NCBI GenBank assembly: GCA_951406725.2
Contig: OX597828.1
Coordinates: 25,358,001 to 25,422,000 of the forward strand
Source: Octopus vulgaris
Lineage: Eukaryota
Direction of reading: 5' to 3'
Length of the DNA stretch: 64,000 nucleotides
Under the pieces are notes generated by a model. That model saw only the letters and a list, made by a program, of their open reading frames with translations, ran no database searches and had not been told where the DNA came from. Shown here one piece after another: positions 54,493 to 64,000 of the stretch; within the stretch, counting starts at the first letter, position 1, and the number at the start of each line of letters is the position of its first letter. A program made the translations under genes and the position numbers.

Positions 54493-54826
54493 TTAATGTT
54501 TGTGTATGTGTGTGTGTGTGTAGACGTGAATGTGAACGCTATATATTTTTCATTCCGATAATGTACCTTAATGACTTAATTATATTTTACTTGATTAAAT
54601 AATGTATCATTAATTAAGCTGCGTGTTTAATTACACACACGTTTATAAACACGGATGTATGTCCACGCATGTATCTTTACAGATATAAACAAATCTTCAC
54701 ATTGTGCTATGATTTCATACACATGGCACACACACACACACACGTCTACACAAATCCACACACCCAGATACTACAGGACATATATGAATAAGTAATTTTA
54801 AACAATAAAAATACATTATTAAATAT

Positions 54827-54867
<41 letters not shown>

Positions 54868-54904
54868 ATATATCTACGCATGCACTTATATACATACATA
54901 TATT

Positions 54905-55130
54905 TCTTTTATTCTTTTACTGGAGCCAGGCTGGAGCACCGCCTTTCAGTGTTTTGGATCTCCTTTCTGTACTGTTTTTGGTGAAGAAACAAGCTGGACA
55001 GAGCTGTTCTTCTTTGTGCTTCCTGCTCCAATGTGGGTTCATCTCGGATTTCAGATAAAAATTTGTCCAGTTGCTTTATAAAGGTTTCCATATCTACGCC
55101 TCGGCAATCTTCGAAACACCAACTCCGAAT
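54905..55130 (-). mobile_element. CR1-group LINE 3' end, diverged
   Basis: DCRGVDMETFIKQLDKFLSEIRDEP; tail ggcggtgctccagcctgg. Confidence 0.7.
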
Positions 55131-55589
55131 TACTATACAAAACACCTTGTGAAACACCAGTTGTTGACGTCTCCTCAGACCAAACAAATGAAATTTTTCT
55201 CTGGTTAAAACCAGACTCTCGGGAGAAAAACAAATAGTGACTTTATAAGGGAACCAACCAATCGGAATGCAAGATGACCATCAGGCAAAAACAAGTTACC
55301 GAGTCTCTACAAGGATGTCAACCAAGCAGAACGTTCAACTTTGCCAAAACAAAAATATTTTGTCCAAAACGGAAAATATCTTTGATCAAACTAATTGACG
55401 TCACGAAACCTACAACCAATCAGAACTTGTTCCATGAACCTGGTCAACAAGGAATGGACATCACCAGGAAGCCAACTAACCAAAGCGCTTGACTTTGCGA
55501 AAACAAAATTATTTTGTAGCATCTAAATTATAACCGATCAAAACTTGATCCTTTATTGTAAAACACACACACGCACACACACACATATA

Positions 55590-55971
55590 TCTCTCTCTAT
55601 ATAAACGGCAGTTTGTCTGTGTGTGTGTCTGTGTGTCTGTTAGGTTGTACCCTCACCCTGACCACGGCTTTCAACCGATTCTGATGAAACTTGATACACA
55701 CATAGCCCAATGTCATAATTCAAAACTAACGCAGCGAAAATTTTGAAAAGTTCTCCCAGTTCTGAAAAAAATCGATAAATTCGACATGGGGTCGAGAATC
55801 AGAAACACAAACCAAAGACTGTCTAGGGGACGCAACTCGACCTTTTTAACTCTAAAAAAAATTACCATAATTTTTTTTCCGTTTTTTTGCTATTTTTTGG
55901 CTATAACTCTCTAAAAATGCTTTATAGTTATTTCCCTTACAAACCCGAGCAACGCCGGGTGATACTGCTAG
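55590..55971 (+). mobile_element. Non-autonomous Helitron
   Basis: A|TC start, same 3' ~80 bp as 49564-50042 including hairpin and CTAG|T. Confidence 0.8.
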
Positions 55972-56366
55972 TATATACTAAAAGATTTGAACTTAAACAC
56001 TTCGAGCTCTAACAAGCTTAAAAGGTGAAGAGACTTAGACTGGAATTGAAAAGGGAACTGCCCAAACTACGACAGAAATTGTAAAGAAATCCCATTTTTC
56101 TTTCTTTCCAACTGTTTCTCCTTCTTCCTCGCTGTTTTCTTTCTTTTTCTTCTTTATAAAAACATATTATGAATAAACTTTCAATTTGTTATGATTTTCA
56201 CCGAGCAGTTACTCTTTTATTAATCTCTGTCCCCGTGAAACTACACGTTTTCAGATTCACGTGCATTTTCAAACCCCCAAACAAATTCTCCCGTATTTTT
56301 TTCCTGCGTGGGAATTCACTTCTTCACACACACACACACACACACACAGACACACACACACACACG

Positions 56367-56417
<51 letters not shown>

Positions 56418-56469
56418 GTGCGCGCGCGCAAAGTTTAGGTTAGTTAAAATGTTTGTGATATATTTCAAC

Positions 56470-58485
56470 TGCTAAAAGGCAAACTTACTGCAGTTTCCGT
56501 TGGGAAAACTTTTATCATATCTTTTCTGTTTGGCTGCCACTTTTCAATTTCTTCAAATTTTGTTCCAACTGATTTCATATTTGGTGTTTTCGGTGTAGTT
56601 TTGTAAGGTACAATGAAAGGACGGGTGTCATTTTCTTTCAATTCCCAGACAAGCTTTCTTGTTCTCGGGGTATCGGAAAAATTTTCGGTGGGAATCGAAT
56701 CAAGTCTTGAATGAATTCTCTGAAGCCCCTGTATATGTTTTATATTCTTGCGAGCCATCTACTTGCACTTTGGCTCTATAAACAATACCTTTTTTCTAGA
56801 CATTTTCCTTCCAACGGACAGTAAGTCTCATCTTTAAAGTTGCAGTTCCTCAGATTAGATTAGTAGTTGTCTGTAACAATTTTTGTGTTATGCTGGCTAA
56901 TAAAAGAAGCTAAAGAATAACTAACCTTCAGCGTTCTCCTATTAAATATTCTATAGAAGTTATGGCTAGATTGAAAATGCTTAGAAACTAATTTTAAGAA
57001 TTCCCTACCTATATTAGTTTTTACGGCCATATTAAATGCGGGGTTAAACCACATAACTTTCCTAGTTCTAGTTCTAGGTGGCCTATTATTGTTAGAATGA
57101 ACTTGATTATACTGGATCTTCTCTGAAACTCCACTTTTCCTTAATGCATTGTTGTAATATGGCGCAGCATTTTGAAATGCTGTCTCATCCGAAGTTGATG
57201 ATATTCGCCTTCCTACATTACTAACTAGGTTCTTAAGAATTACTGGTGGATGATTAGATTCTTTGCTAATATAACATAGCTTTTCATTGGGCTTACGATA
57301 GGGTTTAAATTCATCTAATCGCAGATCTAAATTGATATCTAAAAAAATCTACGCTTTTAAGGTTACTTTCTATCGTAATCTGTAAGCCCGTTCTTTGGAA
57401 GAAAGTAATCAGATTCTTCCTAAGTTTATCTAACTCAGGGCCGTTTAAATTATGGGTGACTATAAGACCGTCATCACTGTATAATCCTTCATCTATTAAA
57501 GGGAATTCTAGATGCCGATTATGCAAAATATAATACCCTATAAGCACACATAACTCCACCCCATCGTATGCCCCCATCGGTACATCGAAAAGAGAATCCT
57601 CACTCTTTTTGACCCCAAGTAGATTCCTTGTAAAAAAGAAGAGATTTCTTTGCATGCAATTTCCGAGTTATCGATGGTGACACACTGCTTGGCGAAAGCT
57701 AATGCTTTTAGAAGCAAAGGCCTAGATATTGACGGGTAAAAGTCGACAATATCAAACTGCGTAAATTTGCAGTTATGCTTATGGCTAATCCCTTTGAACT
57801 AATCTATCACTGACTTGCTATTTTCCCAAACCCGTAAATTTAAACCCACTATCTAACTTACTTAAAATACGATCTAAAATATATTAGCTAATAATACTTA
57901 TTTCAGTTTTAGTAGGATTAATCAGGTCTACATTTAGGGTTTCTATTAAAATTAGCTTTATGGTATTTTAGTGCGATAAAAGGGTGGCGCGTGGAGGGGA
58001 GATATTCTGTCCTGTCACTAACTTTAAGGTTGTTAGCAATTCTTCTTGCCTCCAAATTCACCTCTTTATATAAATTTGTATTGTCTTTTTTCTAGGTGTC
58101 TGTAATGCTGTTCGAAAGTAGACGCTTATAAACATCTTTATCAACCGCGTATAAGTTTTTTGTCTTATCGGAGTTTACGAAGATCTTATCCGAGTTCTAT
58201 ATGTCTCTAATTTTTTTCCTTCATATCTCTCTGTAGCTGGTTGTTGAATTTGCGGAATTTAATTTTTCTAATGAGCCCTAAAATGTATTTTGCAAAGGCT
58301 TCCAATTCGGAAATAGTGGTGGATTTTTGGAAAATTTAAGTCTGTATTTCCTTCCGTTAGATTTCTGCTTTGTATCAAAGAAAAAGGGCTCATTCTTCGA
58401 TGAGACTCCTCCGTTTTTTCGATAAGACTCTTGAGGTATTGCTACTGTGTCGGGATGGGTATATTTTTTAGAGAAAAATCCAATG
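56470..58485 (-). mobile_element. Near full-length decayed Penelope-like element ORF (RT + GIY-YIG)
   Basis: SLKNIPIP N-terminus; QFDIVDFYPSI; FDVPMGAYDGVELCVLIG; GLYSDDGL; WFNPAFNMAVKTNIGREFL; CPLEGKCL..GIVYRAKV...TYTG; many stops and frameshifts. Confidence 0.9.
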
Positions 58486-58704
58486 GGTGATATTTTTGCT
58501 ACTTTTTAATAAAGCATATTACTCTACCTCTGGTATCCGAGTACTATTTTTTCCCACCTTGTTTCGCATTTATGTGCTTACTCTGGAATATATATATATA
58601 TATATAACGGGAAGCTTTATGAAAATAAACAAAAGACGAAGGCAGGTGGAATACAAACAAACAATTGTATTAGTATGGCGCTCAGGAATATAAATAAAAC
58701 AAGT

Positions 58705-58740
58705 CTTTTACGTTTCGAGCCTACGCTCTTCAACAGAAAG
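58705..58740 (-). ncRNA. Minimal hammerhead-like motif (CUGUUGA variant)
   Basis: Minus strand: cttt-CTGTTGA-a-gagc(gtag)gctc-GAAA-cg-TA-aaag. Confidence 0.5.
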
Positions 58741-58884
58741 ATACACAGAAAAGAAACACGGAGAGAAACATATATCTTTGGTTTCGGGTTCAGTCCCACT
58801 GTGTGGTACCTTGGGCAAGTGTCTCCCACAATAACCTCGAGCCGACCAATACCTTGTGAGTGTATTTGGTAGACGGAAACTGTG

Positions 58885-59182
58885 GTCCAACTATCCCGTC
58901 TAGAGCAAGAGCCAGGTACTACAATAAGTTGGGTTTCTGAGGCCCTCAACTGCTTAATATCTTGCCAAAAAATCTGGGGAATCTACAGAGTGGAGGTAAA
59001 TATTTTCAAGAAGCGCTTTGACTATTAGCCGTCGAAGATCTCAGGTGAACGTACATTACGGCAAAGAACTCAAAATAAAGGTGGTTCTCTTATTCATCAA
59101 AAGCCAAATACATGAGAATGGTCATTAAGAAGGTAATGAAAATGACAGTGCTCCAGCATGGCCACAACCTTTGGGTTGAAAC
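58885..59182 (+). mobile_element. CR1-group LINE 3' end, strongly diverged
   Basis: GPQLLNILPKNLGNL; tail gtgctccagcatggccacaacctttgggttgaaac. Confidence 0.7.
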
Positions 59183-59384
59183 TAATGAAGAAAGGAAGGA
59201 ATGAACCGGTTAAGAATAATTCCTTACAAAATGTTGTCTGTATTATTTAGAAACTTATTATTTATTAGAAAGTGAAGCTTTCTGAATCGTAACTCTGGGT
59301 TTGACTTTCTGAGTTTTGAAACGATTGAAGGAAGCACAAAGCAATATGTTAAAGGAGAAATATTTGCAAACAGATATACACACA

Positions 59385-59449
<65 letters not shown>

Positions 59450-59686
59450 GGGGGGAAGAAAGAAAGGAGAGAAAAAGAGAAAGATAGAAAGAAAGAAAGA
59501 AAAAAACTAGAAAGCGAGAGAGAGAGAGAGAGGGTGGTGGAAGAAAGAAAGGAGAGAAAAAGAGAGAGATAGAAAGAAAGAAGGAAAAAACTAGAAAGAG
59601 AGAGAGAGAGAGAAAGAGAGAGAGAGGGTGGGGGAAGAAAGAAAGGAGAGAAAAAGAGAAAGATAGAAAGAAAGAAGGAAAAAACT

Positions 59687-59739
<53 letters not shown>

Positions 59740-59870
59740 AAGAAAGAAAGGAGAGAAAAAGAGAAAGATAGAAAGAAAGAAGGAAAAAAAACTAGAAAGA
59801 GAGAGAGAGAGAGAGAGAGAGGAAGAGAGAGAGAGAAAGAAGGAAAAAAACTAGAAAGAGAGAGAGAGAG
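59385..59870. repeat. Purine-rich tandem repeat (~70-100-bp units with variable GA runs)
   Basis: aagaaagaaaggagagaaaaagagaaagatagaaagaaagaaggaaaaaactagaaag repeated about 4 times. Confidence 0.9.
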
Positions 59871-60377
59871 AATACGCGTAAAGGAGATTCTATGCTTGAG
59901 AGTAAGGTATAACCAAAAAAATATGAGAGCAGCTCGTGATGTATTTGAAAAAAACAATATATAAACCTACTGAAAAATCAAAACAAGGACAAAACAAAAA
60001 CAAAAGAAAAATAAAAGAAAAAAAAGGGAAACAAAACAACACCTGATGCGTTTGTTTCGTTTGTTCCTCATTTCTGATTGCAATACGATAAACAGGCTCT
60101 GAATATATTCACTTCACTGAAGACGATAAAAGAACCGCTGATTCCATCACTACCCAATACCGTTTTACGGAACATCATTATTCCATGATACAACCGAAAG
60201 ATATCAAATATTATCTCATGTATTTATATCACAGTCAAACAGTTATAACTTTGTTTATTCTTTCTTTCGTTTACATATACATATATGTTACACACATAGA
60301 TACTTACATGCAGACAAGCACACAGAAATGCATACGTATATATATATATATTTATATCAGCTTATCTATATACCTAT

Positions 60378-60426
<49 letters not shown>

Positions 60427-60635
60427 CGTTTATATACTTATACATACATTCATGCATAACTATATCTATATATCTATGGCCACATACACAGACGTGTATG
60501 TATGTATGCATGATTGCATGTATGTAGATATACATTCTTATCATATCTCAGCCCTGTTTTGCACTGGTTTTCTACGAATTCTTCATTCTTTTTCATTGGT
60601 TTCTACAAGTTTTTACTATTTTTTTCTCTATGCTG

Positions 60636-60678
<43 letters not shown>

Positions 60679-60702
60679 AGTTATGTCTATATACATATAT
60701 AT

Positions 60703-60793
<91 letters not shown>

Positions 60794-61296
60794 TGAGAAT
60801 GGTTGCGGATGGAGTACAGCATCTTTCAGTTGAAGGAGGAAGATTTCGAAGCTTGTATATTCTCGATAGCGAAGTCCTGTGTGCATGACTAGATCACTCG
60901 ACTCTCATGTACACTATATCGTTTCATCTAGATGGAAATATGTACGTTATGGAACTACAGAGTGATTTAGCGCATTCTGGCAAAATGGTGGGAAACAAGG
61001 AAAAATTGGCGACATTCATTGGTCCCGAAATCTGTGCTTGCCTATGACAGGCACTATAGGAGAAGTGGATGGGCAACACGAAAGCCCAGTGCGTCCAGAA
61101 AGTTCATGGAGCCGATGAACAAAATAATGCCATCATATTTCGATAGAGGTAAGGGTTCACGATTTCGGTCCGGTGCCCGAGCTCATGAACACCTAAAGAT
61201 GGCCCTGCGTATGATACTGAGAGACCCCTTCTATAGTTATAGCTAGATGAAGTATTACATCTCACTAAACCTATGTTAATATTATCTGCAACTCAA

Positions 61297-61432
61297 CTTT
61301 GCCTTTCATCCTTTCGGGGTCGATAAATTAAGTACCAGTTACGCACTGGGGGTCGATGTAATCGACTTAATCCCTTTGTCTGTCCTTGTTTGTCCCTTCT
61401 ATGTTTAGCCCCTTGTGGGCAATAAAGAAATA
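61297..61432 (+). mobile_element. 5'-truncated SINE-B with 16-bp TSD
   Basis: attatctgcaactcaa at 61281-61296 and 61433-61448. Confidence 0.9.
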
Positions 61433-61611
61433 ATTATCTGCAACTCAATTATTCTAAGCTTTTTAGTTTTAATATAAGAATATATTCTACCAGGATCCGC
61501 TGTTGCTTTCAACTTTTCAGCATTGGTAATATAAGAGCATCTTTGGTGAACTTTGTTGTCTGTTACCGTTGTGGAAAAACTCTTAAGACGTGTTAAGGCT
61601 ATGGAGTTGGT

Positions 61612-61840
61612 AGTGGCTTAGTGGTTAGGGTGTTGCGCTCATGATCGTAAGATTGTGGTTTCGATTCCTAGATCGGACAATGCGTTATGTTCTTGAGCAA
61701 AACACTTCCTTTTATGTTGCTCCAATCTACCCGGCTGGCAAAAATGAGTAATTCTGCGTCGGATCGGCGTTCCATCGAAGGGAGAATACATACGTCTCAG
61801 AATTTGGGAAACCTGCCTTATGAATCTCTGGCTTAGAAAG
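61612..61840 (+). mobile_element. Diverged SINE-C relative (also ~6374-6530)
   Basis: tggcttagtggttagggtgttgcgctcatgatcgtaagattgtggtttcgattcc. Confidence 0.65.
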
Positions 61841-62039
61841 GACCTTTGACCTTTATAGAGTTTAACACGTCCCCTCTTCTTTCTAAGTCTCAGTTACCTT
61901 TTATTTTGTCCGGGGCCAGAGCATTGTGGAATTCTCTTTATCATATTTGTGGCCTTGTACTTGATTTACAATAGAAATATTGTCATTATATACATTGTTT
62001 TTACTTAAGTTTTTCGCTCCCTATGGACTAGAGGCCATC

Positions 62040-62400
62040 GATGATTATTCTTTACTGTCCATGACTCTGGGTTGCCTTTTCTGCTCCTCCCAGGTGGATC
62101 CTTGCTTCCTTGAGGAAGTGCCTTGATCTCTCAGCTTTTGAATTGTCGTCAGTGCTTCTGTAAATTGCTTTTATCCAGATAAGGATATTGACCCTACGTA
62201 AACTCATCTTTACCTCTTGGAAGACGTGGTCCATATTAACCTGGTTTCTATTCTTTTATCCGTCCAACATCAAAGGACTTAACAGATATTTGCATTTTGT
62301 TGGCATAGTCCCGGGACCCTTGAGACACACATGTCACAACGTCGCAACAAGGACATAACCTAGTGGTGGATTGTTACTACATGGAATATAACATTATGGT
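62040..62400 (-). mobile_element. Possible very decayed L1/Tx1-like RT remnant
   Basis: NQVNMDHVFQEVKM...WIKAIYRS only loosely matches an RT domain-3 pattern. Confidence 0.25.
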
Positions 62401-64000
62401 TGTGATTTCTGCCGGTCTCAATCTGCGAAAGCTGTAACTGTAGCCTGGGCGTCACTCCCGCAAATGAACCTAAGATCTCATTTTAGAAAGGTACCCAACT
62501 GAAGCTTCTAGCGATGTTTGATGTTTGGTCGTTCACAATCGTGAGATGAAGTGAGACCCAAATAGGACTGCACGATTTTACACGTCCAAATAGTGATTGT
62601 AGTATTATCCATCATATAACGGATAACATTGGAAGTGTAATTTTGCCGTGGGTTATTACCAGAAGATGGCTCACATACAATAAAACTGAACTTTTATCAA
62701 ATTTCTTAGTGCTTAATGATGGGATGAATTTTAAATTTTCTATAGAAAAATATTTATTACCTTAAAACAAATAAAAAATACTTTTTAAAAACTTCTGTTG
62801 CAGCTTCTCTACTCTTGCTCTTGTGCTGTTTGTTTATTAATGGCAACGCCATCTATTGAGAGATTGCGACAAGTTGGCTTCTCGTCTCAATGAACAGAAA
62901 TTTGTTTTTGTATTTCAATGTTTAGAGCTTTGTACAGTCGCTACTAGGCCGTCATTGGTGTCACAAACCATTTTCAGTCTTGAAAATTATTCTCCTCATT
63001 TATGGCAAGTGTATCATGGAGACACATAATGTCGCATTACGAATTGAAGAAGTGCAATATGCTTTGGCATATGGAAACAGGGGAGCAGAGATAAAGTTCA
63101 GACTACGACCTACAGGTGAAGCAGGAGAAAGAATTGAAAAAAGGAACAAAGAGAAGCATTATCTTCGTGTAGTATCAGTAAAATGAGCAAAATTTGAAGA
63201 AACTTAAAAACATGGTTATTAGACCAATGAAACTTGGGATAAGCATTGACTACGAAGATGGTCACTTTGGAAGTAGAGAGGTGGGCAGCAAATATAGGAG
63301 CGAAAGATTCCGATAAAAATGCTTGCTGATATTTTCGTTTCATGAAACGAAATGGTTTACGTTTGTGAACATGAGCAAAGTTAGCTCAGAAAGTACCTGC
63401 AGATAATGACAGAAAAGATATTTCCATTGCGTGATAATTTCTCTCACCTATGAGCAAGGAGTAATCTACTGGTTTGCTCTTCAAATTTGTCTGTTGACAG
63501 GCCCGATCGGGAGGATATGAGCTTTGGTAAGGATAAAAAGTTTTTGTTTTCCCTAGAATTACATTTCCTGAAACTAGGGTTCATCTTCTACAATACAGAG
63601 TCTACTTTCTGCTAAATAAAGTGTATACAAAAACGACGGATCGATAAAATGTCGGCATACCTCAAGCAATTAAGAAATATTCGCATCGGATTCCATATTA
63701 CAATAACTCTTTTACTGCAAACCAAAAAAGTTACAATAATTTCCTCAAATTATACATCCTACTTGAAGGACACGTTAACTACATTACCTCATCTGAAAAA
63801 TAAAGATGGCACCGGTCACAGGTAGAATGGCTTTGATGATAGATCTGTTGCTCCACCAGGACTAATTTGGAGCTAAGCTACAGAATTTAACTGTTTTACT
63901 TAGTACTAGAAACTTTGACTGCCAGTTTGGGTCAGAGTTGTGATGATGTAATGATCACCATCCATCGTCTGTGAAAGATTTAAAATTTAAATATACAAAA

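Noticed and set aside
55681-55695. CTGATGAAAC hammerhead-like word
   Set aside because: No room for stem II; internal to a Helitron
56640-56860. Selenocysteine (UGA) recoding in the PLE endonuclease, as reported for some PLE clades
   Set aside because: The Cys codons read are TGC/TGT; the in-frame TGA falls at an expected Arg (CGA>TGA decay)

Overview
Eukaryotic, AT-rich DNA full of microsatellites. The SINE/LINE content looks like a coleoid cephalopod (Octopus-type); that assignment is an inference. The only credible host coding sequence is the terminal exon of a low-complexity (Asn/Ser/Thr) protein at 3-1316, which carries four AVxSI[LV] motifs and may belong to the BICRA/GLTSCR1 family. 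The other ~62 kb looks like 3'UTR/intergenic DNA built from at least four SINE types, decayed CR1-group, RTE and RLE (R4/Dong-like) LINEs, several Penelope-like element (PLE) RT/GIY-YIG remnants, Tc1/mariner and hAT remnants, a MITE with an 8-bp TSD, two non-autonomous Helitrons and a 3.6-kb 33-bp minisatellite that produces the spurious 1200-aa ORFs. The main signal is about a dozen type I hammerhead-ribozyme motifs from several unrelated sequence families. Four of them (18900-18960, 20925-20978, 51531-51603, 52044-52175) have intact cores and paired stems. Most lie in short cassettes beside (TA)n tracts, often with fold-back arms, which fits PLE pseudo-LTRs or ribozyme-bearing mini-retroelements. 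Also notable: a covarying 3' stem-loop shared by a SINE and a LINE, a 5'-inverted RTE insertion, tandem SINE multimers and several long hairpins. Everything was read by eye, so boundaries of decayed elements are approximate.
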